Shown one piece after another: positions 52,801 to 64,000 of a stretch of DNA of 64,000 nt. A program made the translations under genes and the position numbers. The number at the start of each line of letters is the position of its first letter. Position 1 is the stretch's first letter. Origin of the DNA: Paragordius varius (lineage: Eukaryota; Animalia; Nematomorpha); the NCBI GenBank assembly GCA_964247055.1, contig OZ176059.1, positions 744,001 to 808,000 on the forward strand. Direction: 5' to 3'. Below the pieces are notes generated by a model that was given only the letters and a program-made list of their open reading frames with translations, made no database searches and was not told where the DNA came from.

Positions 52801-53682
52801 AGATTAAAAATTACCAATATTTTTATATATTTTTAAATTACAATAATACTAAAAAAATAATAAACTATAACATAAACATATATTTTATATTAATAACGAA
52901 GTTATATTAGGCTCGAAAATACATATTTTATTTTTAGGGCGAATTTGAATTGTTTAAGGGTGAATTTGAACTGTAAATGGTATATTTCATCAATTTTCAC
53001 TACTGTATGTGTATAATAATAAGGTTAAAAAGATCGAAAAACGTGGACACAAAGATTACAGATGGAAGTATGGATGCACGAAACTTGGCAACTTTAATGA
53101 CGACAACAATAATGATGATGATGAGGACGAGAATGATGGAGACGGGGACGGAGATAATGAGGATGGGGCTTTCATTGATTTAACCGAATTTTTGGATAAT
53201 CCGCCACCACCTAAATCTATTACAGGTGTCGTACTGACATCCAAACCCAAATGTACAACCATAACGCATGAACAAAATAATATGAATGTTGTTAGCACAA
53301 CATTAGCGGTCAATAAACCACGAAATGATTCAACATCTTATGACGGCATCATCCAAAACATTGGAATCATGGCTCCCCTAACCATAACAAAAATTGATGG
53401 CACATTATTGGATAATAGAATGGTAAACAGCGCACCAGAAGAGCGTGTAGATAACAATAGTAATAAGAGTATGGCTGGATGCATTAAAACTAAACGAAAA
53501 AGAATGGAAAGTGGCAAACAAAAGCATAAAAATGAAAAATCTAATAGGACATCGGATAATGTCACTACTACCACACGTAAAATGCTAATATCCATCTTAA
53601 AATGTTTTTAAATGTCATAAAAAATTTGATATATACCAACTACAATTCAAATTCACCCTTGAACAATTCAAATTCTCCCTCA

Positions 53683-53717
<35 letters not shown>

Positions 53718-54657
53718 TTTTAAGATTAAAAATTACCTATTTTTTTATATATTTTTAAAAAATAAATTGTTTTAAATTAAAATAATACTGAAAAAATAAT
53801 AAACTATGCCATAATGATATATTTCATATTAATAATAATGAATTATATTAGTTCTAACATAATTTATTTTTAGGGTGAATTTGAACTGATTTTATAGTTT
53901 GGTCGTATGATAGCGAATTATATCTATCTGTATTTTATTTTTATGGGTGGGTTATTTGGAATTCGTCAAGATAGAGATGTTAAACTTTAATATTACAGAA
54001 CTTGATCCCATAATGTCCGCTTAATATTTTTGCTATCTGATAGTACTTAAGCTATAAAACTAAATTTCTTGTACTCATTTAAATTACTCGTTTCTTTTAT
54101 TTATAGGTAAATAACTACTAATTGATGTTATTAATCAATGAGAGTTATTAATTTAAATTTTGTGTATGGTATAATTGGTTTAATACTATAATCTTTATTT
54201 ATTTTTTTATAAATTAGTACCGTGTTATCCTACCAACCCTTCTCTTATCAATACAATGGGACCTTATATCGATTCCAAAACATTAATACCCATGAATGAA
54301 TTAACAAAAAGTAATTTTAATTTGGGTAATTCCACCAATGATAACATTAATTATATTAATGAAACAACTCTATTACCCAAAGATAATATGTGTAAAAACA
54401 ATGATATGTTAACTAATGAGGTATCTGCTTGTACCCCAATTAATAATAACTATAGTAATGTAACAATAAATAAAAATTACAATTTAAATGATATGACTGA
54501 AAACCATTTTCCCTTGGATCCAATTAATCAATTATTTACAATGCAATACCAATATTTTCAGCATTCACCTTTCACCCTCCCTAATGATCCCAACATTAAT
54601 AAGGAAAATGGTTTACATTGTACTGATATTCCTGAATCAGAATCATTTATATCATAA
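43880..54657 (+). CDS. Lmx1: LIM-homeobox transcription factor, Lmx1 class (about 849 aa)
   Basis: Exons 43880-44202, 48780-49303, 51449-52080, 52148-52225, 53024-53576 and 54218-54657 with phases 2,1,0,0,1 all consistent (2550 nt). Two LIM domains, homeodomain [28 protein letters not shown]|[26 protein letters not shown]|VKK, and C-terminal [13 protein letters not shown] resembling the Lmx1 NPIDRLYSMQ motif. Confidence 0.9.
46841..47213. mobile_element. MITE family 21A, degenerate
   Basis: atataccattt...attcacccttgaacattcaaattcaccc on the left; tagggtgaat...gtgtaaatgg on the right. Confidence 0.65.
49524..49718. repeat. About 195-bp hairpin/mini-foldback in Lmx intron 2
   Basis: Perfect 36-bp arms ATAAATATTTGGTAAAGAATGGAAAAAACAAGAGCT and its reverse complement around a roughly 35-nt loop, with imperfect outer extensions. 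Confidence 0.8.
52477..52985. mobile_element. Family C MITE abutted or interrupted by a family 21A MITE (52730-52985)
   Basis: cagtaaaaattgaaattatacggac...gttgtcttttag...tgtctttatt runs directly into TATACCATTTACAATTCAA...TGTAAATGGTATAT. Confidence 0.7.
53631..53890. mobile_element. MITE family 21A in Lmx intron 5
   Basis: atataccaactacaattcaaattcacccttgaacaattc on the left; tagggtgaatttgaactg on the right (truncated). Confidence 0.7.
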
Positions 54658-55470
54658 ATACCAAATAATTGAAAATTACCCATTTTTACATGCGTAGACT
54701 ATGGAATTAAAATTAGTCATTTAGCTTATTATATGTTATTTTGTTAACTAGTAACGAACGAACACTCTTACAGGCCATATCTGTATTTTCAATAGCTATA
54801 TCTTTTATTACCTGTATGTTTCGTTTTTATTAGTTACATTTTTGATTTGGAGAAAAGATATACAGTTTTTAATTAAATACGTATCTAATAAAATAAAATC
54901 TCCATTATAGCAACGGACATGTAAATTAAATACAATATTAACTATTTAAAATACAGAGATATAGTCTATAATAGCTCTCGTTACTGTCAAATTTTTTGTG
55001 GCCAAATCAAAGCCCATTTATATATTAATTTTGGTGTAGGCTCTCTTAAATAATGCTCCTAATATATATTAATCCAATAATTATAAATGTCTTGATTTTA
55101 TTAGTGCAATATAAAAGTTGGTTATTATAATTTTATGATTTTTATAATTGAATGTATGAATCAGGAAATATTTATTATTTATCGAACGTATTCCAGGACA
55201 ACTATATCTTAATATTTCCAAATAAAGTCTTATATTTACATCAATATATGGAAAATTTCTATTTCAAATCATTATTATCTATTCCTGTTCTCTATTTATA
55301 TATTTACCAATAGTTTAAAACTTTTACATACCTATCTTCTCTAATAGAAAATTACCATTTTATATTTAAAAATATTTTTGTCAGATAAATATACACCAAA
55401 TGTTATAATTAAAGATTATGACCATATTTGTTGAATATTGTTGTAATAATATAATTACAAATTATTGATA

Positions 55471-55643
55471 CAGTAGCGTATGGCATAAAACATTATTAGT
55501 TTATAAAAGAATAAAAAAATGTTTTTTTTAATAAAACAAGCCTATTGTATATACACATATCTATAATATCCCCTTGTTTTTTTTTGAAAAAAAATTTATT
55601 ATACTTTTATGGAGTAATATTGTTTTATATCATACGCTACTGT
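55471..55643. mobile_element. About 170-bp TA-flanked MITE (second copy)
   Basis: TA|CAGTAGCGTATGGCATAAAAC...CATACGCTACTG|TA. Confidence 0.8.
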
Positions 55644-55842
55644 AATATCCAATAAATTATTTTGATCAAAACACTGTTGTTTATCCGCTTTCATAGCATA
55701 ATATTTTTACACCAATCATGATGATGTATAAGTTAGACAAAATTTATGAAAAAAAGATTGAGAATTGCTAAAACTATTATTTATTTGAAACATCAGTATA
55801 ATGAACATGAGCGACAAAAAGGAGCATAAAAATATTTATTAT

Positions 55843-56131
55843 ACAGTAATAACAAAAATTATACGGAGAAACCGTAAAAATATAAAGACAAATATTTTTT
55901 TCTAAAAGACAACCATACTTTTTATGTATTTGATTTATAACAAACTCATTGTTTTAAATGGCAAATTTTGAAAAAGAGATATATATTACTAACACAACAA
56001 TTCTATATTATACAATTGTAACTAAATAGCTTATACGAAAAAAACAATGTTTTAAAAAGTATGGTTGTCTTTTAGATAAAAATATATATCTTTATATTTT
56101 TACGTTTTGTCCCTATAATTTCATTTTACTG
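55843..56131. mobile_element. Family C MITE
   Basis: tacagtaat...attatacgg...aaagacaaccatactt / aagtatggttgtcttt...tataatttcattttactgta. Confidence 0.65.
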
Positions 56132-56155
56132 TAAAAATATATATATATATAAATA

Positions 56156-56739
56156 CTAGCGTAAATCTCGTGCTGGTACGCAGCCCGAGGAAGTCCTTCT
56201 GACTTCTGGGAGGGGGGCGGCTATCTGAAAAAAACAATAAAATGATCCACATATGTGGATTATTTCGAAACATAATTCAATAGCTATGATCTCATAGGAA
56301 TTTTAAAACGGTGCATTCATACTAATATATTGTTTACTTGGGGGAAAAATAGATTTAAAAAATTATTTTTGTGGCTTTTGTTTTTTTTGAGAAAAATGGC
56401 ATTTTACGGGGGGAGCGGGTAAAAAGAGGACCTAAATTATAAAATCGAGCCGACTATGTTCGGCGCAATCGAAAATAAGTAAACAAAAATCATATTTAAA
56501 ATTGAATGGTCCAACGTTCTCCGGAAAATTGCCTCAACACGATTTTTGTAGACTTGTGTTTTCAAAAAAAGTTTTTCACACGGGGTGGGCCCGAACTGGG
56601 GGCCTATTTCGAAAGGACGAAGCTATTGTCGAGGTATTAGTTAATGATTATATTTTTTCGATGTTTGGATTAGAATGGGTCCACCGGTTTTCCGGAAATA
56701 GATCACAAAGCCAGCATTTTCCATTTATAAATATATAGA
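56156..56739 (-). mobile_element. Complete non-autonomous Helitron (584 bp)
   Basis: On the minus strand it begins A|TCTATATATTTATAAATG and ends CTCGGGCTGCGTACCAGCACGAG (hairpin) ATTTACG CTAG|T. It sits at an AT site with no TSD. Confidence 0.75.
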
Positions 56740-58091
56740 TTCTATAGCTAAATTTATCAAATTAAATAATATTGGAGGAAAATTTGGTGAATTGAGATGA
56801 ACATTTGCTATTAGACAAAATATATAAACAATATTTACTTACTTAATAAAAGTAATTACAAATAGAAATTTTAAACGTTATATATAATTTAGTGAGTCCT
56901 TGAAAGGCGCACAAGAATTAAAGTTAAATCATCAAAGTTTAGGCTAAAACCAAAAAAGCCCCAATTGCGTGATAAAAAATTTTGCAATTTTATATTTTGA
57001 TGACATTTTTATAACATAGCTGCAAAAATTGAATCACAAGTTACACATATTTATAGAATAAACACTGAGCACAAAATCAGGGAGTGTAAATAATATCCTG
57101 ATCAAATATATATATATATATATATATATATTCTGATAAAAAATGTATCAGACTTATGGTCCTTTTGGTTTTGAAGCTTACGAGTGATATACGAAAGTTA
57201 TTTGCATTCATGTATGCAAAATTAGAGCATTTTATGCTAAAAAAATTTTTTGTAAAAACTAAACGCTTTATTCCAAATACCATTAAAATATATGATATAT
57301 TATATATATGTAGAATGCAAATTAATCATTTAATATATATATTTTATCAATGATAAATACACAATGATCATATTTATGTATAACAGGTTAAAATTAAAAT
57401 GTTTAACAAAATCCAACAAAATGTTTATATTTAACTAATTTGGCGTAAAATATAATACAGAAATCGAATGTCGTCTAATTATTGCGTTTTTATAATTTTA
57501 TTTTGTCACTATATCGGCCAACTATGAAAGAGAGAAGCAAGTAGATCTATAAGAAATTAAAATTTGAAGGGTTATATTTGACATGATGAAAAAAATGATA
57601 ATAAATGCGCAAACTACAGTTACAAATTTATCACGCTATATACTGTAAGATTCATGAGAAGTTAATTCCAAGTATCTTTATAAGTGTGGGGCAATCTTCC
57701 AAATAACATAAGATGTATGCTAACTAATATGAACTTTATAATAAAATTAAGGCATATATCACCTTAATATGACGAAAAATAATTAAATATTTAGATAAAT
57801 ATGGCGAATGGAAGCATATATTTTTAAATCTAAAGCTTGGCCCAGTAACACGACATATATCACATCTCTTAAATTAAGAGATTAAACATTAATATTTAAC
57901 AATATTTTCATTGTTGTGTAATCACAAAAATTATCCGATTCTCAATTAACATTCAATGTTTGGGCTTATTTTGGCCGTATTTGTGTCACGATTAGAATCT
58001 TCTATATAGATTAGAATGACTGCAAACCCACGCGATATTCTTCCAAGCGATTTCACTTTAAATCTTAATTATTTTGTTCTTTATTTTGTCA

Positions 58092-61000
58092 TTATTCAGG
58101 TGATGGAACCGGTATATTAATTGGACTACGGCATATATTGTTTGTACCAATAGATGAATCCATAGTATTATTCCAATTATTTATATTACTATTCATAGAG
58201 TTTGTGTGTTGTGCGAACGTTTGAAAAGAGTCTAATACATTTGACACAATGTCAGTAGACTGGGATTGGGCAGCAGTAGTTTTACCCCTAGATATGGAAG
58301 CAGAATTAGTTTTCATATCTTGAGCCATGCTTTCAGTCGCATTAATATATGCGGAATTCGAGATACCAGTTACATCGGAAGAAACTGTGATTGCTACATT
58401 AGCAGGTAAATATTGATACAGATTATTATTATTATCATTCTTACCATCTTGACGATTTAAATCAGAGGTCGTACGCGGCAAGTCAGACTGTATTTGATTT
58501 TTATGGGAATCATTGTTTGTAATACCATTCTCACTTGACAATGCTGACACTGCAGTGACAATTTTTCTTTCATGCAAACAATCTAAAGTACTGTTTGCAT
58601 GGGGTTTAGACAATTTAATATTGTTACTGTTATAATTAGTATTAATTGTGCTATTTGTCTTAGCATAAGAATCATTATCTTGTAAATCACGAGACGCTAC
58701 GTAGGAATTGGGAATGGTGGAGTGAATATTTACCGTGGTGGTTGGTGTAGTAGTAGATGTAGGTGGTGTAGCCATAGTAGTATTATTAGATGATGACGGG
58801 GATGACAAAATGGGCCAAGTTGCTACGTAATGATGTGGCTGTTGAGGTTGCGGTTGAGGCGGCCCTTGTTGACCATGAAAAGCATGAGATGGGAATGATA
58901 AATGGTGTGGCGTAACACAACAAGGTACCATGGTAAGTGTCGCACCGCTAACCGGCAATGTCGAGGAACTAAGGGGTGTTGGGACAAATGGGCTCGGGTG
59001 ACTACTAGCTGCCACCATGAAGGCCGTAGCTGATTGCGTTAACAATGGGACTGAGAGTGGGAGCGTCGGATGGACCGACGGCGTAAACAGGGCTAATGGC
59101 GTAGCGGCGTTAGTGTGATGTTGTAGCTGTGGGTGACCGTACGGTGGGCAGGGCGTCGGTGTAGCCAAAGGAGATGGTGCAACACTAGCTATGGTAGCCA
59201 TGGCAAATTGAGCAGCGCCCCCACCACTAAACGATGACAATGAGATGTTGTGGCTTGTGGAGTTATTCGTGTTAACATTACCATTACAGGTTGTGGTAGT
59301 GATTCCTACCATACCACACATGCGTAAACGCTTGTTCTGTTCGAGTAACATATCAACCGTAGCATTCAACTCTGTAATTTGTTTTTTCAGAGTGTCCAAT
59401 CGTTGTTTTAAACTTTCATTTTCTTCAATCAACGCCCGCTCAGTATGAGTTATCGGTGTAGTAGATTGATTATAACCGTTTTTGTCTTCACTATCTTTAG
59501 AGTCGGCGGTATTCACTGAAAACATGCTATTCATGCGCTGTTGACTACCCTTTAAGGTGCGAGAGCTGGTTGTGTCACGTACATTGTTAGATGAACTGGC
59601 ATTAAATGATTTTGAGTCTTCGGTCAATTCTTTTTCCGTTGCAGAAGCCGATACTGCTGCAGCTGCTGCTATGAGAAAGTTCATATTACTTGCATCTGCA
59701 GTTATAATGTTAACACTAGGCGCTGAGTTAGCAAGCCCTGTCTTATTGTTATTATTTGTGGACACGGTTTCACGCATAGTTGTGATGACATTGATGGTGT
59801 TTCGTTCACTCACATCATCATGCATGGTGGGAAAGAGTGAGGAATTAGTAAATGTAGCCACAGCAGCGCCTGAAGATGAAATTTGACAAAGTCTACGTTT
59901 GGTCAATGGTGGTTCAATCAATGGCTCAACTATGTTAATCGTGGCAGAAGCTGGTACGTAGGTAAGGTGACCCGATTGAACTGAAACGGGTAAAGAGTAT
60001 TGTATAGTTGCTGATTGATTTGGGGGGCCATGTCGTGTGATGAGAAGCGACCCAGAAGCCGTGTCACCGCTAACACTAACACCGTTACAGCCTATGACAG
60101 ATTTGACGACTGAAGCAGTGATTGGTGAATAGGTTAACTCTTCTTCACCACCATGGCTCGAATATTCATATGCATGTTGTGGTTGTTGCTGTTGTTGATT
60201 TTTAACATATTTTGTAGGAGCAGCTGCTGAGCCATTAGCATTTGTCTCTCCTGTAGGTCCACCACTAACAGTAAGCTGCAACGAAGCTTGCTGATAATCA
60301 GCCATGGTTATGTGCCGAAATCGACACCGAAAACCACGTTCACATTTACCCTTCATGTAGTCTCGACAAATGGGTATAGCTTTTTCATGAAGTACACCAC
60401 CTCTTCTCCCTACATCAATGTCTGTCGTCGTACTACTACCCGTATTTCCCCCAACAACACCAGCACCTCCACTCATCATTACAATGGAGTCGTCTACTAT
60501 GGTCGAAGTCCCATCCATGTTTAATGATGATTGGTGATGTGGGTGTTGTTGGCTAGTGTCCAAATTGATATGTTGATATTTACAAGATGTACCACGCGTA
60601 CATATTCCATTTTGATAATCACGGCAAATATTACTGGTATTACTATTGCAGGCCCCAAGATGATATTGTTGTTGTTGATGGTTATGATCTAATCCTGGAA
60701 AATTTTTACTACTACCCATACCATTATCAGAAGGGAGAGGGAAATTGAATGATGCTGCAACGTCGGATGTCACCACGGTTTGATGGACGAATTTGCAGGA
60801 AAAGCCACGTTTACAAACACCTCTGACATAATCACGACATATACGGGGATCTATTATCATCATCATGGTCGTATTTGGGGCGGCCGCTTGGACATGCGAT
60901 GAAGAGGGTTGTGACAGTGGTAACTGCTGTGATTGACAACATTCTTGATGATACTATAAATAAATGGATAAGCGGCGCGTCATACATATAAGTTACATAT

Positions 61001-62383
61001 AAAGCAAAATATACCATTTACAGTTCAAATTCACCCTTAAACAATTCAAATTCACCCTTAAATAATTCAAATTCACCCTTCAACAATTCAAATTCACCCT
61101 AAAAATAAATTATGTGTTTTCGAACTAATATAACTCATTATTAATATGCATTAATAATATGAAATATAAGTTGGTGTAGTTTATAATTTTTTCAGTATTG
61201 ATTTAATTTAAAACAAAATTTTTATTTTAAAAAAATATATAAAATATAGGTATTTTTTAATCTAAAAAAACATATATTTTATTTGAGGGTAAATTTAAAT
61301 TGTTCGAGGGTGAATTTGAATTGTTCAAGGGGAATTTGAATTGTTTAAGGGTGAGATTGAATTGTAAATGGTATATTAAAGAGGATAGTTTTTTTTAAAT
61401 TAAACCATTTAAATAAAAAAGAAAAAACGAACATAAAAGTGTCTACTAGTATTTTTGGCAACCCATTATAGGATAAAAAATCGATTTTTGAAAAGTGTTC
61501 CACCTTTAATGATGCATATTGTAGAGAAAAATTATCGCGCGTTTTTAAACTGTATAATATCCTAATAATTATGACCCAAAAAAAGTTGTATATAAAAAAG
61601 TGTGATACTTGAGGATATGTATTAATCTATTTAAAATTTGTACATTTTTCAAACCGTGTCCGTGTGAATTATAAATAAATATTTAACAATGGATTAAAAT
61701 AATATCTAAACCAGAGGTGTCCAACACAAATGGCTTTGCGAGCCGCATTTGCAAAATATATTGGAATTGACAAACATTTTATTAGATTTCAAACATACGA
61801 CTGTAAAAACAATTCTTTATTTTAACAATTTTTACCAGTTTCTTGCCAAAATTAGGAAATGTTTAGGAAATTTGTTTAAGAAAATCAATCAATTCAATTA
61901 AAATTTGCAAAATGGTTATATCAAGCGGGCTGTAAAATTATTTTGGAGGGCCGCGTTTTGGACACCCCTAATCTAAACACTTGAATAGATCTAAATGCTA
62001 TACTAATAAATAAATTTGGATTAATAGTAAAAAATTAATTGCCCACATAGCATAAGCTAACTCTCATATGGACTTGTTAAATTTAGGCAAAATTTTAAAT
62101 TTCACCTGTGTATAAATATATGCCAAAAAACTTTAAAACATTCCAAATAAAAATAACGATAACTTGTAATCGATTATATGTACTTTAAGGTAAATTATAA
62201 TAAAAAATACAAAAAATCTAAAAAATTACTATAAGAAATTTTTTAAGCGATAGATACCTGATTATTTTCTGCATTATTAACAGAGACATTGAAGCACTCA
62301 TTTGCATCCATCCCTAAAACTTGTGCCATGGTAACATTATTAGTTTTGCTCAATAATTTCGTGTGATATCCATTCCCATTCAT
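58092..62383 (-). CDS. ZC3H10: Zinc finger CCCH domain-containing protein 10 orthologue (about 995 aa)
   Basis: Three CCCH fingers (ICRDYVRGVCKRGFSCKFVH; ICRDYQNGICTRGTSCKYQH; PICRDYMKGKCERGFRCRFRH), EPPLTKRR, and the coiled coil EENESLKQRLDTLKKQITELNATVDMLLEQNKRLR match ZC3H10. Predicted exon 1 is 62383-62258 (42 codons, CAG|gtatct, phase 0), spliced to exon 2 60953-58092 (tttatag|TAT, phase 0). Confidence 0.85.
61009..61376. mobile_element. MITE family 21A in the ZC3H10 intron
   Basis: ATATACCATTTACAG + four 21-bp repeats ... three inverted repeats + TGTAAATGGTATAT. Confidence 0.85.
61712..61970. mobile_element. hAT-type MITE with intact 8-bp TSD
   Basis: ATCTAAAC|CAGAGGTGTCCAACAC...TTGGACACCCCTA|ATCTAAAC. 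Confidence 0.85.
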
Positions 62384-62509
62384 GATTTTAATAGATGATC
62401 TTTTTAAATTGGATGTACAACAAAATTATCAATGGGATATCATATGACTCACAATCAAAAAGGGGTCGTATGTGCATAAAATATTTAACTCACATGTTTT
62501 TGCTGTGCG

Positions 62510-62996
62510 ATGAGCAATAGTTCAAATTCACCAAGAGTTGTGCTTGAGGGCAATAAGATTGATTTAAGCTTGGCAAATCTAAAAGCTATACCCGTTAAAG
62601 CCATAGTAAATTTTAAAATAATATATATTTATTTTTAGCAAGCCTTACCAAAAGGAACGGAATTAGATTTGTCATGTAATCAAATATCATCTATTGGGGT
62701 AAAAAAATTTGTTTAATGTTTTGTTTTGATAGAATGAAATTGGTTCACTTGTACAACTAGTTAAATTGGATTTGAGCAAAAATTGTATCAAAGAATTACC
62801 CGATTCGTTTGGCAATTTGATTAGATTACAGCATTTGGATTTAAGTGAAAATCAGATAACGGAATTACCGCTATCATTTAGCCAGCTTACCAATCTAAGA
62901 TTCTTAGATTTAAAGGGAAACCCGCTTAGTGACAAACTTAGACCAGCAGCAGGTTTTTGTTTGGACGTTAATGAATGCTACAGTTGTGCAAGAAAG
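62510..62996 (+). CDS. LRRC59: Leucine-rich repeat-containing protein 59, exons 1-3 (gene probably continues beyond the recognisable region)
   Basis: Exons 62510-62605, 62639-62698 and 62733-62996 (introns of 33 and 34 nt, phase 0) give MSNSS...LEGNKIDLSLANLKAIPVKAI|QALPKGTELDLSCNQISSIG|NEIGSLVQLVKLDLSKN...DLKGNPL...AGFCLDVNECYSCARK. This is colinear with the LRRC59 N-terminus (LDGNELDLSL...[20 protein letters not shown]...AGDCLDEKQCKQCANK). Confidence 0.88.
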
Positions 62997-64000
62997 GTTA
63001 TTATTTAATGTTGACAGTCTGTTGTCTCTCCTCTTATTGAATTTATCTTAAACAGAGCATAACTATTTAGTTTAGGTTTTGAATATAATGCACACCTTTT
63101 GATTTTTAATAAGATCTTATTTTCTAAGATCAAATTATTGTAAAAATTGCATACGTTTTCGTTAGGTTTTAACAATCATTTTGAGCCAAAGACAATTTTA
63201 TTATATTCTTTTTTGTGCATTTTAATAATTAACACTTTATCATATATAAAAGGCAGCAAATTAATTTAAACAAAAAGTTTAATATTGGAGATAATGAGCA
63301 ATGTAATTAAACAATTGAGAGGACCGCTAAAAATAATTCTGTTTTTTCTATTAACACTTGGATACAATAGATTCATTTCAGTCCTTCAATTCGAATAGGG
63401 ATAGTCAAATAGCCCAGGTGATGTAAATTAAATATTTTAAAAAATATGAAAAAATTGAAACCATGGCAAAAGTTTGCACTTATATAACATTAATGAACTG
63501 AAATATAAAAAATAATTTATTTAAAAATACTTGATATTGCTTATTTAAAGGTAAAACCCAAAGGTGATGATTTAGCAAAGATCACGGGTGTGCACAAGCT
63601 CAATATAAAAATAATGCAAAATATACCATTTTTCTTTTTATAACAATGTTAAAATCTGATTTTAATAAAAAAGTAAACTAAATTTTAGGCTTAGAATCAA
63701 TAAACACGATATTTTTCAAAAATATTGTAAAATAAAAATGGCGTCACTAAGTTTAATTTTAGAAGGTTTGGCTTATTTATATAATTTTTATTAGGATAGA
63801 AGCATAAATTTAAATTGGAACGGCTTTAGTAGTTTTTCAAAAATATCTATATTGTTTTAGGTATTTAGATACCCAATTTGCATCCAAGTGTTAATGTGAC
63901 ATAAATATTTTTGAAAATTAATTTAACCACAATTACAATGAAAGTTGAAATTACACGGACAAATATGTTAAAATATAAAGACAAATATTTTCTAAAAGAC

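Noticed and set aside
59245-60524. Antisense ORFs within ZC3H10 (also those inside SLC35G, Lmx and the Gly-rich gene)
   Set aside because: These are shadow ORFs of GC-richer coding strands with no motifs or splice support.
63000-63650. Candidate LRRC59 exon 4
   Set aside because: No phase-0 acceptor followed by the expected charged coiled-coil (E/R/K-rich) sequence was found. The continuation likely lies beyond the window.
1-64000. rRNA, tRNA or prokaryotic/phage systems
   Set aside because: No recognisable rRNA or cloverleaf sequences, operons or Shine-Dalgarno-led ORFs. The tRNA-like TGG motif at 14552 is an LTR primer-binding site.

Overview
AT-rich animal genomic DNA (roughly three-quarters A+T by eye, standard genetic code, GT-AG spliceosomal introns). 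There are no prokaryotic features, rRNA, tRNA or CRISPR. Six protein genes could be assembled by hand with consistent splice phases: (1) a minus-strand secreted protein with a signal-peptide exon (17510-17609), six tandemly duplicated phase-1/1 exons each encoding an 8-cysteine module, and a probable 35-nt last intron; (2) an SLC35G/EamA-type transporter (3 exons, about 731 aa); (3) a single-exon orphan secreted Gly/Asp-rich plus Arg/Thr/Pro-rich protein; (4) an Lmx1-class LIM-homeobox gene (6 exons, about 849 aa); (5) ZC3H10 (2 exons, about 995 aa); (6) the first three exons of LRRC59, whose ATG is only 126 bp from the divergent ZC3H10 ATG and whose introns are 33 and 34 nt. The rest is dense with mobile DNA: a twin-primed (5'-inverted) RTE-like LINE with a 14-bp TSD inside a dead mariner, a deleted Gypsy LTR element with a 5-bp TSD and an internal inverted LTR piece, a gag remnant, non-autonomous Helitrons, 1.3-kb foldbacks, and at least six MITE families (TA-, TTAA- and 8-bp-TSD types, two with 21-bp subterminal arrays). 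The best candidate for an undescribed system is the six-module cysteine-rich secreted gene, which the ORF track shows only as fragments. Gene models are manual predictions without RNA evidence, and most TE boundaries are approximate.
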